Assembly (NCBI GenBank): GCA_965208105.1
Contig: OZ242318.1
Coordinates: 3,456,001-3,520,000 of the forward strand
Origin: Candidatus Latescibacterota bacterium
GTDB taxonomy: Bacteria > Latescibacterota > UBA2968 > UBA8231
DNA length: 64,000 bases
Direction of reading: 5' to 3'
Below are positions 10,117-19,564 of this stretch, one piece after another (position 1 is the first letter of the stretch; each line of letters begins with the position of its first letter). Both the position numbers and the translations under genes were made by a program. Below the pieces are notes generated by a model. That model ran no database searches, was not told where the DNA came from, and saw only the letters and a list, made by a program, of their open reading frames with translations.

Positions 10117-10872
10117 CTATCGGCCGCCCCGGCGCTTGGGCTTGGTGCTGCCCTTCTCCTCCGAAGTGGAGGCGGGCTTGGAGCTCTTGGGTTTCGCGCT
10201 GCCGCTCGATGAAGGTGCCGGTCGCGACGTGGCGGCGGGGCGGGTTCGCCGCGGTTGCTCGCGCTGGTCCCACAGGCGTTCGGCCCTGCGGCGCTCCTCG
10301 CGGCGCAGGGCTCCGGTGTCTACCGCCGGTTGGGTCGACAGGGCCTGCTCGGCCGCGCGCAGTTGATTGAGGGTGGCGATGCTCACCAGCTCGTATCCCG
10401 GGGGGACGTAGTAGCCGCTGCCGTCGCGGTAGTAGGGATCGGCGCCGTAGCCATAGGGATCGGCACCGTAGCCGTAATAGGAAGAGGGGCCATAGCCGTA
10501 GCCGTAGGGATAGTACCCTTGGCCATAGCCGTAAGGATAATACCCCTGACCATAGCCGTAAGGAGAGCCCAGCGCGGCACCGTAGAGACCGTACCTGGAG
10601 TCGAAGCCGAAGAGGGGATAGCCGCCATAGCCCTCAAATCCATAGGTCCCGGCAGGTGCATTCGGATAGTAGAAATCGTTCCAGGGGTCCGGCCGCTCCT
10701 GGAAACGGCCAAGAGTGGGTGCCTCTTCCCATTTTTCCTGTCCCTGGGACAACTCCTGTGCCCTCCGCAGGTCGGCGGCTGTTTTGGGTCCCTGAAGCAC
10801 AGTATAACAACCACTCAGAAGGAAACAGGCCAGACCGAGCGCTGTGGTCGGGAACAAAATTTTCGCCTTCAT
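10117..10872 (-). CDS. Tyr/Gly-rich lipoprotein
   Basis: Lipobox LLSGC; YGYG repeats; basic Ser/Lys/Arg tail. Confidence 0.75.
   Translation of the reverse strand: MKAKILFPTTALGLACFLLSGCYTVLQGPKTAADLRRAQELSQGQEKWEEAPTLGRFQERPDPWNDFYYPNAPAGTYGFEGYGGYPLFGFDSRYGLYGAALGSPYGYGQGYYPYGYGQGYYPYGYGYGPSSYYGYGADPYGYGADPYYRDGSGYYVPPGYELVSIATLNQLRAAEQALSTQPAVDTGALRREERRRAERLWDQREQPRRTRPAATSRPAPSSSGSAKPKSSKPASTSEEKGSTKPKRRGGR
10433..10563. repeat. Intragenic 21-nt and 27-nt tandem repeats (YGYGADP x2, YGYGQGYYP x2)
   Basis: Visible in both DNA and translation. Confidence 0.8.
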
Positions 10873-11109
10873 GACAACCTGCTTTCTGCCCGGGTGGGCG
10901 TTCTTCCCAAATGTAGAACCTTGCATGGAGGATGCGGGTTCCTGGCCAGATTCAAAGTGGACCTGGCTGCAGGTTAAGATAATAAAAAAATGTCCGCAGT
11001 CAAACCCTTCTGGTGCCCGGACCGCAGTTGCCGATCGCCGTCCTGGTTGAGATATAAGACGTAATAAATAAAGGAAGTTAATTTATAATCCAGGATTCCG
11101 CGGCAGCGG

Positions 11110-12456
11110 TTAAAAGCGATAGCTCGCGCTGGCGAAGATGCGGCTGAGGACGGTTTCTTCCGCAAGATCGCCTTCAACCACTTCGAAATCACCGCGGGTC
11201 CAGGCCGCGTCCACCTGCATGACCTCGTCGAAAAGCATGCCCGCTCCCAGGGTGAAATACCGGCGGTCGCGCACGATGGAGATGAGGGGATTAGTAGCAG
11301 GATTGGGGCTGAGGTCCGGATCCCGCGGTCCGACAAAGGGCCAGGGGTCGCTGTAATAGCCGGCCCGGAGGTCCAGGGTGATGACGGGGACCTGCCATTC
11401 GATGCCCAGGTGATAGCGAACCACGTCTTCGTACTGCTCCTCGAAGGCGGCATTGGCGCGCACTCCGTACTCGTCCTCGCCCTTGTACTCGCTCTGGGAC
11501 CACCCTGCCACGTGGGCGCTGCCGGCCAGCCAAAGGCCCTTGACGGGCTGGCAGGAGAGGCCGGCGCCGAACTGCAGCGGCAGGGAGAGTTTGTAGGAGC
11601 CGCTATCGACTATGTTGCGGGTGGTCTCGGGCTCGCGGCCGTCGTCGTACTCGATGGAGTTGTAGCCGAATCCGCCGTCCTCGTCGTCCATTGCATAGGA
11701 GAATTCGTAGTCGATCTTGTAGGTGGGTCCGGTGGATATGGTGGCGCCGAAGCGCACCCTCGGATCCTCCCGGGGGGTGCGCACCATGGCGCCCAGGGTG
11801 GCGCCGAAGGCCGTGTTGTAGTCGTCATTGAATTCATCCCTTGCACTCCAGCGGCTCTCGATGAAATGGTCTTCGCTGTCGATCCAGTTGAAGTCGCGGA
11901 TGTTTTCGTCTTCCCCTGACAGGAAATTCAGGGTCATACCCAGGGCAATCGAGGGGGAGATGTCGATGGCCCCCGCGAGCGACACCATGGTCAGGTCGCC
12001 CTCGTGGCTGAAGGTATCGTCTATCTTCAGGCTGTCGACCTCGCTGAATCCCCGGATGCGGACGATCGAATCGAAGTCCTTGACCTGGTTGAAGCCGGCG
12101 CCGAAGACCAGGCTGCCCCTGTAGACGGGGTAGGGATAGACCAGGCCGAGAGAGCCGATGCGGGTGTTGCTCAGCCCGCTGGACGTGGGCGTTCCTGAAG
12201 CCTTCCGGGCATTGTTGTCGTAGGTGTTGTGGATGACCGCAACGTAGCCCTGGCGCTGGCGCATCTGCGCCAGCCCGGCCGGGTTCCAGAACACCGCGGT
12301 GAAATCGTCCGCCACCCCCACGTAGGCGCCGCCCATGCTCATGGCGCGAACGCCGAGTCCGGCGAAATTGCTGATGGCGCGCTCCTGGGCCGCCAAGGTG
12401 CCGGCGCAGCAAACGCTGAATACCAGGGCGGACAAGGTGCAGCTGATTCTCGGCAT
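11110..12456 (-). CDS. FadL/OmpP1/PorV-like outer-membrane beta-barrel
   Basis: Signal peptide; GVRAMSMGGAYVGVADDFTAVFWNPAGL motif; C-terminal SYRF. Confidence 0.85.
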   Translation of the reverse strand: MPRISCTLSALVFSVCCAGTLAAQERAISNFAGLGVRAMSMGGAYVGVADDFTAVFWNPAGLAQMRQRQGYVAVIHNTYDNNARKASGTPTSSGLSNTRIGSLGLVYPYPVYRGSLVFGAGFNQVKDFDSIVRIRGFSEVDSLKIDDTFSHEGDLTMVSLAGAIDISPSIALGMTLNFLSGEDENIRDFNWIDSEDHFIESRWSARDEFNDDYNTAFGATLGAMVRTPREDPRVRFGATISTGPTYKIDYEFSYAMDDEDGGFGYNSIEYDDGREPETTRNIVDSGSYKLSLPLQFGAGLSCQPVKGLWLAGSAHVAGWSQSEYKGEDEYGVRANAAFEEQYEDVVRYHLGIEWQVPVITLDLRAGYYSDPWPFVGPRDPDLSPNPATNPLISIVRDRRYFTLGAGMLFDEVMQVDAAWTRGDFEVVEGDLAEETVLSRIFASASYRF

Positions 12457-13244
12457 CAGAACTCCTCCGCGTAGAGAACGGTCAGCTCGCGGCTCATGTT
12501 GGACAATTTCGCCTTGCCCTCGCCGGCGTTTCCCAGCATGTCCTTGAGGTAGAATCCCAGGGTGAGCTGCGGCCCGACGGACCAGCGCCCCCCGGCGTTG
12601 AGGTATCCCCTGCCAGAGCCCAGCGCCTCCTGGGCGTTGTCGTTGAATCCCGGATCGTATTCGGCTACCAGGGCCAGTTGGCCGCCGATGCCCTTATCGA
12701 TGCCCAGCCACCCTGAAAGGTCGTCGTCGTCGCGGTTTTCGCGGCTGAGATTGAACCCTCCGTGGATCCCGAACTGCCCCAGGGGAGATATGTAGTTCTT
12801 GCTCAGAACCACGAGGAACCCCTTGGACTTGATCTGGTAGCGGTCGTTTTCGTGGGTGCCGTATCCCTGTGTCTCGTAGCCCAGGACCAGGGCCGGCCAG
12901 GTGGTGTTTTCTTCGATCAGGCGGAATTTCACCGCCGCCTCCACCCGGGGGTACCAATCGATGTCCTGGTCTCCGATGATCTGCTCGCCGCCAAAGGAGA
13001 TCCCGACGGTGAGACGTGAAAGGACGCCTGCGTGCAGCTGGGTGGAGACGCCGCCGTTGGGAAAGAAGCGCAGGTCGATGCCGAAGCGTCCTTTGTCTGC
13101 GAGTCCCGCCGTGGGGCTGTCGATGAGGCGGGCTTGTTCGGACAGGGGCTCGGCTTCTGCGCGGATGAAGGAGAGAGAGGCAAACCCGGGGGCAAGCAGG
13201 AGCAGGAGGTGAAGCGGGCGAAGCGGTAGTCTGGTTGTATGCAC
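12456..13244 (-). CDS. YjbH-like outer-membrane barrel protein
   Basis: Probable GTG start with GGAAGG upstream; signal peptide; LIDSPTAG motif; amphipathic strands; terminal Phe. Confidence 0.65.
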   Translation of the reverse strand: MHTTRLPLRPLHLLLLLAPGFASLSFIRAEAEPLSEQARLIDSPTAGLADKGRFGIDLRFFPNGGVSTQLHAGVLSRLTVGISFGGEQIIGDQDIDWYPRVEAAVKFRLIEENTTWPALVLGYETQGYGTHENDRYQIKSKGFLVVLSKNYISPLGQFGIHGGFNLSRENRDDDDLSGWLGIDKGIGGQLALVAEYDPGFNDNAQEALGSGRGYLNAGGRWSVGPQLTLGFYLKDMLGNAGEGKAKLSNMSRELTVLYAEEF

Positions 13245-13360
13245 CTGATTTGCCTTCCGCGAGCATCCGGGCTGGGCGGCCATGCCCGGCGATCTCCTGT
13301 GAACCTCCCTCCGGTCCCTGGTCTCCGGAGGTCTCTCATGCCGTCCGTCAGCAATCCCTC

Positions 13361-13810
13361 TCAGGGGACTCGCAAGCTCGAGATGATGCGGCGCTCTGTA
13401 TCGGAAATGTACTCCAGGGATATGTCCCTGCGCCCGGAGGGGAGAAGGTCCCCTGCGCGCTCGGACCACTCGACCAGGCAGATGCCGGGTCCGTAAAAAT
13501 ACTCCTCAGCGCCCAGGTCTTCAAGTTCGGACTGGGTGTTGAGGCGGTAGAGGTCGAAATGATAGACGGGGATGGGGTGGGTATTCAGGCTGCCGCGGTA
13601 TTCGTTAATCAGGATGAAGGTGGGGCTGTTGACATGGCCCGATACCCCCAGCCCCTGGCAGATGCCCTGTATCATGCAGGTCTTCCCGCTGCCCAGATCT
13701 CCCCTGAAGGCGACGAGATCGCCGGGGACGAGGGTCCTGGCGAGAAGTATCCCCCGGTCGCGGGTCTCCTCGGGGGAACGGCTGATGATCGTTTCTTCTT
13801 CCAGGGGCAT
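13361..13810 (-). CDS. tsaE: tRNA t6A biosynthesis ATPase TsaE
   Basis: GDLGSGKT, VNSPTFILINEY, YHFDLYRL, LVEWSE. Confidence 0.95.
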   Translation of the reverse strand: MPLEEETIISRSPEETRDRGILLARTLVPGDLVAFRGDLGSGKTCMIQGICQGLGVSGHVNSPTFILINEYRGSLNTHPIPVYHFDLYRLNTQSELEDLGAEEYFYGPGICLVEWSERAGDLLPSGRRDISLEYISDTERRIISSLRVP

Positions 13811-13815
13811 GCCGA

Positions 13816-15396
13816 TTACTTCGGCTCCATTATGGCCACGGGCAGGACCATCTCTTCGAGCGAGATGCCGCCGTGTTGGAAACTGTCTTTGTACTGGCGC
13901 TGGTACTCGTTGAAATTGGTAGGATATACGAAGTAGAAGTCTTCCTTGGCAATGAGGAAGTTTGCTCCCAGGCCGGCCTGGGGCAGGCCGTATGCGGGCG
14001 GATCGTCGATGTACAGCACCTCCTTCGATTCGCAGCGCAGGTTCCTGCCGTACTTGTAGCGCAGGCTTGTGGAAGTCTCGCGGTCTCCGTGGACGACCAT
14101 GGCGCGGGATCCGCGCACCGCGCCGTGGTCGGTGGTCAGCACGACCACCGCTTCCATGCGGGCGATTTGCTGGAGGCTCGCAAAGAGGGAGGAGTGGACG
14201 AACCAGGACTGCACCAGGGAGCGGAAGGCGTTCTCGTTGGGGGCGATCTCCTTCAGGAGCTGCGAACGCGAGCGGCCGTGGACCAGCATGTCGAGAAAGT
14301 TGTAGACGACGCAAACCAGTGGGACCTTGTTGAGGGAGGGTACCCTGCGGGTGAAGCTATGGCCTTCAGCCGCATCCAGGACCTTGGTGTAGTGCGAGCC
14401 GGACGGCAGCCGGAGACCCATTTCGGCGAGCTGGTCGTCGATGAAGAAGTGTTCGTGCCGGTTGAGGCTGTTCTCGTTGTCCTGGGCCGACGGCCACTTG
14501 TCAGGGTATTTTTCGGCGATTTCGCTGGGGAAGAGACCGCTGAAGATGGCATTGCGCGAGTAGGGTGTGGCGGTGGGCAGGATGGAGAAGTGGTATGAGC
14601 GCCTGATGTTGAAGAACTCGGCAAGCAATGGCTCCATGATCATCCAGTGGTCCAGCCGCAGGCAATCCACCACGATGAAAAAGACCTGGCGGCCCCGTTC
14701 CAGAGGGGGGTGGACGAATTCGGCGACGATATCCACCGAGAGGGGCGGTGAATTGTCCTGGCTGTGCAGCCAGGTGGAGTAGTTGCGCTCGACGAAGTGG
14801 CTGAACTCGCGGTTGCATTCCCCCCGCTGGCCCTCCACCATCTGGAGGAGGCTTCTGTCCCTCAGCTGGCCGACCTCGATATCCCACTCGCACAGCAGCC
14901 GGTAGACCTCGATCCAGGAGTCCCAGGCAAGGTCCCCGGAGAGCCGGGAGCGAATCTGGCTGGACCTTGATGAGTAGGCCTGGCCGGCCTGTCTCTGGCG
15001 GATTTTGCTCACGTCGAGAATCTTCTTGCAGGCCATGAAAATCTGGCTGGGGTTCACCGGCTTGGTCAGGTAGTCGTCGATGCGCCGGCCGATGGCCTCG
15101 TTCATCAGGTGCTCTTCTTCGCTCTTGGTGATCATTATGACCGGGACGTTGGGATCGAGCTCCTTGACCTGCTCCAGGGTGGAAAGGCCGTCGAGGCCCG
15201 GCATCATCTCGTCCAGGAGGACGATGTCGAAGTGAGTCTGCCGCATCAAGGCAACCGCATCCTCGCCGTTGCTCACCGGGGTTACCTCGTATCCCCTGCT
15301 GCCGAGGAAGAGGTGGTGCGAGCGCAGCAGGTCGATCTCGTCGTCGGCCCACAGAATCCTTCTTTTCGGAGTTTCCATTTGCGGTCTTTCCATCAA
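13816..15396 (-). CDS. porX: PorX-type response regulator: receiver domain + PglZ/alkaline-phosphatase domain
   Basis: ILWADDE, LLDEMMPG receiver; VDCLRLD, SILPTATPYSRNAIFSG, TTDHG, FQHGGISLEEM; adjacent to tsaE. Confidence 0.9.
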   Translation of the reverse strand: MMERPQMETPKRRILWADDEIDLLRSHHLFLGSRGYEVTPVSNGEDAVALMRQTHFDIVLLDEMMPGLDGLSTLEQVKELDPNVPVIMITKSEEEHLMNEAIGRRIDDYLTKPVNPSQIFMACKKILDVSKIRQRQAGQAYSSRSSQIRSRLSGDLAWDSWIEVYRLLCEWDIEVGQLRDRSLLQMVEGQRGECNREFSHFVERNYSTWLHSQDNSPPLSVDIVAEFVHPPLERGRQVFFIVVDCLRLDHWMIMEPLLAEFFNIRRSYHFSILPTATPYSRNAIFSGLFPSEIAEKYPDKWPSAQDNENSLNRHEHFFIDDQLAEMGLRLPSGSHYTKVLDAAEGHSFTRRVPSLNKVPLVCVVYNFLDMLVHGRSRSQLLKEIAPNENAFRSLVQSWFVHSSLFASLQQIARMEAVVVLTTDHGAVRGSRAMVVHGDRETSTSLRYKYGRNLRCESKEVLYIDDPPAYGLPQAGLGANFLIAKEDFYFVYPTNFNEYQRQYKDSFQHGGISLEEMVLPVAIMEPK

Positions 15397-17168
15397 TTGA
15401 TCGGCAGGGTCATCGCGATGGTAGTGCCCTCGCCGGGAACGCTGCGGATGACGCTGATCCTTCCCTTGTGATACTCTTCCACGATGCGCTTGACGAAAGC
15501 CAGGCCCAGGCCCCAGCCGCGCTTCTTGGTGCTGAACCCGGGGTCGAATACGCGTTTGACGTGCTCGGGCTCAATGCCGCGTCCATTGTCGGCGAAGCGG
15601 ATCTCCACCGCCTCTCCGTCTGCCGTCAGGTCCAGATCGATCTCGATGGCTCCCGGCCTCGGGCCGAAGGCATCTATGGAATTCTTGAACAGGTTTTCGA
15701 ATGCCCAGCCCATGAGCTCGGCGTTGAGCGGAATCCCGGGTATCGGCCGGTTGCATTCCACCCTGATGTCGTGACGTCCGAATTGCGGACCGCGGCCCTG
15801 GAAGTAGGCTACGGTCTCGGCGAGGACGGTATGCAGGTCGCCGGTCTTGAGCTCGGGTACCGATCCCACCTGGCCGAAGCGGGAGGCGATCTGGTTGAGC
15901 CGCCGCATGTCCTTGCCCATCTCGTCCGCCATGTGGTCGATCTGGGCAAGGCTCTTCTTCAGGTCTTTCTCTCCGGACGCTGAAATTTCATGCGCCACCA
16001 GTTCGAGCCATCCCGACAGGGAGGACAGAGGTGTGCCCAGCTGGTGCGCCGTTTCCTTTGCCATGCCCACCCAGATCGAACGCTGCTCGCTGCGCTTTAT
16101 GTTGCGAAAGCCGATGTAGCCGACCACCAGAAAGAGTGTGAGAACGCCCATCTGAATGAAGGGCGCCAGAGAAACCCGGCTGATCAGGTCCGAGTCGCCA
16201 TAGTAGATGTAGCTGCGGGTGGCTGAGGGGACTTTGAAGGCCAGGGGGTGGAGCTGGCGACCCGGCTGGTAGAGGTCGGCGGCGACGATCTCCCGGGCGG
16301 CCGCGGTCGCGTCGCCTGGAGGAGGCCACCGGCTTCCGCTCCATGCCACAATTTCGCCGGTGGTGTCGGTGATGACGGCGCCCCCGCCGATTCGGTGCAG
16401 GTAGTTGGGCAGATCGGTCTGGACCGAAAAGGCGAGGGGGTGGAGCTGGCGATCGGGCTGGTAGAGGTCGGCGGCGACGACCTGTCGGGCGGCTGCGGTG
16501 GTGTCGCCTGGAGGAGGCCACTGGCTTCCGCTCCATGCCACGATTTCGCCGGCGGTGTCGGTGATGACGACGCCCCCGCCGATCTGGTGCAGGTATGCGA
16601 AGGACTTGGCCGAGAACTGCAGTGGAATGGGCGCGTTCCTGGCACCCATGCTCTCCAGGTGCACCCGCAGGCTCTGCATGGCCGCGGCCGAGGTGTCCCC
16701 GGGGTCGGGCAGCCCCTCGCCCTTCCACTGGGAGATTTCCCCCCGGTGGTCGGTGAAGATCATGGGGAAATCGGCCCTGGGATTGCGGATGACTTTCTGA
16801 AAGATGAATTCAATCTGTTCGGGGGTCGCCCAGGGCGAAGCGGCAAAGGCGTGGAGGTCCGCGTAAAGTTTTGCCCGCCCTCTCTCCTGCTCCCTGAAAT
16901 CCCTGATGATGGAATCGTTGTAGAAGAAGAACCCCAGGATGGCGAGGATGCTGCCTGCGAACAGGTAGGCATGGAAGGTGGGAGAGGGGCCCAGCGAGGA
17001 GACCGCCTCGAGAATCCACCGCTGCCACCGCGGCGGCCGGGACCTGCGGCGCGCGGACTGCTGCAAGGTGGACGGTGGTGCCTCGGCCGCGATTTCTTCC
17101 ACCGGTATCTGTTGCTGCCGTCGCCGGCGGCGCTTGGAGGCTGCCGGTGCGGGCCTGCGTTCGTTCAT
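15393..17168 (-). CDS. Sensor histidine kinase
   Basis: Two TM segments; ETAHQLGTPL H-box, ENLFKNS N-box, DNGRG and GWGLGL G-boxes. Confidence 0.93.
   Translation of the reverse strand: MNERRPAPAASKRRRRRQQQIPVEEIAAEAPPSTLQQSARRRSRPPRWQRWILEAVSSLGPSPTFHAYLFAGSILAILGFFFYNDSIIRDFREQERGRAKLYADLHAFAASPWATPEQIEFIFQKVIRNPRADFPMIFTDHRGEISQWKGEGLPDPGDTSAAAMQSLRVHLESMGARNAPIPLQFSAKSFAYLHQIGGGVVITDTAGEIVAWSGSQWPPPGDTTAAARQVVAADLYQPDRQLHPLAFSVQTDLPNYLHRIGGGAVITDTTGEIVAWSGSRWPPPGDATAAAREIVAADLYQPGRQLHPLAFKVPSATRSYIYYGDSDLISRVSLAPFIQMGVLTLFLVVGYIGFRNIKRSEQRSIWVGMAKETAHQLGTPLSSLSGWLELVAHEISASGEKDLKKSLAQIDHMADEMGKDMRRLNQIASRFGQVGSVPELKTGDLHTVLAETVAYFQGRGPQFGRHDIRVECNRPIPGIPLNAELMGWAFENLFKNSIDAFGPRPGAIEIDLDLTADGEAVEIRFADNGRGIEPEHVKRVFDPGFSTKKRGWGLGLAFVKRIVEEYHKGRISVIRSVPGEGTTIAMTLPIN
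16236..16595. repeat. Intragenic tandem duplication, 192-nt period (16236-16403 and 16428-16595)
   Basis: YLHQIGGGVVITDTAGEIVAWSGSQWPPPGD...HPLAF vs YLHRIGGGAVITDTTGEIVAWSGSRWPPPGD...HPLAF. Confidence 0.92.
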
Positions 17169-17409
17169 GGCTCAACCGGGATAAAGGGGGGCCGGGCTGG
17201 AAAGCGGCGGATTCGCTCCGCAATTTGCGCTGAATGTTTTGCTGGTCTCACCTGATTGCCGGACGTGAATTCATCCTCTGCGCCATGAAGCGGGAAACAA
17301 CATGCGCGGCGGCGCCTTTAAGTTTAAGTTAACACCAGGGTCTACATTCCGCTAAATATAACTCGATCTCACCCCATTGAGTTCCTTCGCTTCGCATGGA
17401 AAGCATGAG

Positions 17410-18345
17410 GTGCTGCCGAAAACTGACAGGATTCGATTCCTCGCCTGCCTGATGGCCCTTGGCCTCCCGGGGCCGGGGTCTGCCGCCGAAGGCCAACGGC
17501 AAGAGGAAGGGGTCAACCTGAAGCGCCTGGCGGTTGCCGGAGGGGGCGCCGCCACCTTGCGCTACCTGGGCTTCAGGTACATGGACCGCGCATGGTACCA
17601 GGGCGAGAGGACCGACCGCGTGCGCTGGATCAACGACTGGAGCGGTGAAACCTACCTGAATATGGACAAGGGCGGGCACTTCGTGGGGGGATTGGTCATG
17701 GCTCAGACCTTCGCCGAGGCCTATGCCTGGTGCGGGTTGGGAGAACGGTCGGCCGCCCTTCTGGGCACCCTCAGCGGCTGGGCCGCCCTTCTCGAGATCG
17801 AGATGCGCGACGCCCGCTTCGACCAGTGGGGATTCAGCATTCCGGACTTTCTCGCCAACAGTGCCGGCGCCGGCGTGCCTCTGGTCCACAGCTTCTTTCC
17901 GGTGACCCGGAATCTCCGTTTCAAGTTCAGCTACTACCCTTCGGCACTCTATCTCGACCGCGATGACCGCCGCGCCGGCGGCCGGCCCCACATCGACAAC
18001 CTGATCGATGACTACGAGGGCATGACCTTCTGGACGACGCTGTCGCTGGACCAGGTATTGAGGGGCAGGGCGAGGGCCATTTGGCCCGACTTTCTGGGCA
18101 TTGGCCTGGGATACGGGGTGTCAGGCCTGCACGGCAGCAACGTCAAGAGCAAAGGCCCGAACAAATACTATGGAGACCTTCCCGCCGCACGTCCTGAAAT
18201 CATCCTGGCGCTGGACTACGACCTCCGCTTTCTTCCAGGAAGGGGAAGGATGTGGAACCATCTCAAGACCCAGCTGAACTGGATCCACTTCCCGGCTCCG
18301 GCCTTGCGCATCTACCCCAAGTGGCGCATATACCTGTTGTATTGA
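17410..18345 (+). CDS. DUF2279/YfiM-like exported protein; start uncertain
   Basis: MDKGGHF, WGFSIPDFLAN, FKFSY, IDDYEGMTFW, LALDYDL motifs. Confidence 0.75.
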   Translation: MLPKTDRIRFLACLMALGLPGPGSAAEGQRQEEGVNLKRLAVAGGGAATLRYLGFRYMDRAWYQGERTDRVRWINDWSGETYLNMDKGGHFVGGLVMAQTFAEAYAWCGLGERSAALLGTLSGWAALLEIEMRDARFDQWGFSIPDFLANSAGAGVPLVHSFFPVTRNLRFKFSYYPSALYLDRDDRRAGGRPHIDNLIDDYEGMTFWTTLSLDQVLRGRARAIWPDFLGIGLGYGVSGLHGSNVKSKGPNKYYGDLPAARPEIILALDYDLRFLPGRGRMWNHLKTQLNWIHFPAPALRIYPKWRIYLLY

Positions 18346-18479
18346 GAGTTTCTGAATTTGTTTCGAGGCCGGCCGGCGATGAATGATTGGCCGCTGCTCG
18401 AAAGAAATGAACCCGGTTGCAGAGAATCTGACGCAGCGGATGGAGAGGAAGGATTTCGGGATATGGGGAAGGAGGAGCC

Positions 18480-18941
18480 CTATCTTTCCGCAGCCTGTGA
18501 GTCCCCGTCGGCGGATCCGAGAGCAGCTCCGGACTGGGACTTCGCCACGGAAGGGGAGATGGAGAGAGGCTGGCTCTCTTCTTCGCCGGCTTCCATGGAA
18601 CAATTCCCGTGGAATACCGCGCCCTCGGAGATCGAAAGGGATGAAGAGAAGATATCGCCGATGAATCGGGCCTGGCTGTCAAGGTGAACCTTCTCGGCGC
18701 GCAGGGTGCCGTGAACGACTCCGTTGACGTAGATTTCCTTGCCGCCGATTTTGGCGTGAACCTCGCCGGTCTGGCTGATGGTCAGCGCGCCGGAACAATT
18801 GAGCTCGCCTTTGAAAACGCCGTCGATGCGGACGCTGTTCTCCACCTCCACCCTGCCCTCGAAACTTGTGCCGCGCCCGATGATTGTATTCAAGGCCTGG
18901 CTGCCGCCGCCCGCGAGGCCATTCTCTTTTTTCTTCAGCAT
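18480..18941 (-). CDS. Bactofilin (polymer-forming cytoskeletal protein)
   Basis: TIIGRGTSFEG..VRIDG..ISEGAVFHGNCSM; GAGGAG RBS. Confidence 0.9.
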   Translation of the reverse strand: MLKKKENGLAGGGSQALNTIIGRGTSFEGRVEVENSVRIDGVFKGELNCSGALTISQTGEVHAKIGGKEIYVNGVVHGTLRAEKVHLDSQARFIGDIFSSSLSISEGAVFHGNCSMEAGEEESQPLSISPSVAKSQSGAALGSADGDSQAAER

Positions 18942-18998
18942 GAAAACTCTCCTCGGCATCTTCAATCTCCTACCGACGCGATTCAGCTTCGAGCCGTC

Positions 18999-19027
18999 AA
19001 TATAATGTTTCCTGGACCGGGATGCAA
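18999..19027 (-). promoter_or_regulatory. Putative sigma70 promoter for bactofilin
   Basis: TTGCAT-17 nt-TATATT on minus strand. Confidence 0.5.
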
Positions 19028-19037
19028 TTCAGGAGGG

Positions 19038-19394
19038 TCAGGCCTTCTTCTTTTTCTTTTTCTTCCCTGTGCCGCTGCTCAGCGCCTTTTGCATCTCGCC
19101 TTGCTCTTGCAGGCTCTCGGCGACCACCATGACCGCGGCACTGGTCACTTCCTCGGCCGTACTGGCTTCGATGACCGGAGTGTCGGGGGCCTGTGCCGCG
19201 TAGGATGAATCGTGTATGGAGGGCATCAAGTCAGGCGCCAGCATCAGGCGCATGATCTGGCGGATATCGTCGGTAGCGACCACTCTCGGGATGTCGAGAA
19301 CGCTGGCCAGGTTGATTGCCAGAGAGGTTTTGCCAACCCCGCTGGCGCCGCCGAATGATTGGAAGGAGCGACAAAATAGATTGACAATTTTCAC
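19038..19394 (-). pseudogene. Remnant of a 2-phosphoglycerate-kinase-like P-loop kinase
   Basis: GGASGVGKT..DIPRVVATDDIRQIMR..HDSSY then jumps to a C-terminus-like segment; only 118 aa. Confidence 0.6.
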
Positions 19395-19564
19395 TCTTGC
19401 AGCTAACTTGGAAGATCACTGTTCGAGACGGTGTGGGGGGCTATGGATCGAATCGCCGTAGCCCTGTTTTTCATTGCTCGGGGCCGGCGAAGCCGCGATG
19501 GTCGAATGGAGCCGGTTCTGAGCTTTGCCTTTTTGGGCTCTTTCCCACAAAGGAGTTTGACTCG

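Noticed and set aside
10433-10563. Short repeats as a CRISPR array
   Set aside because: In-frame coding repeats without unique spacers; no cas genes.
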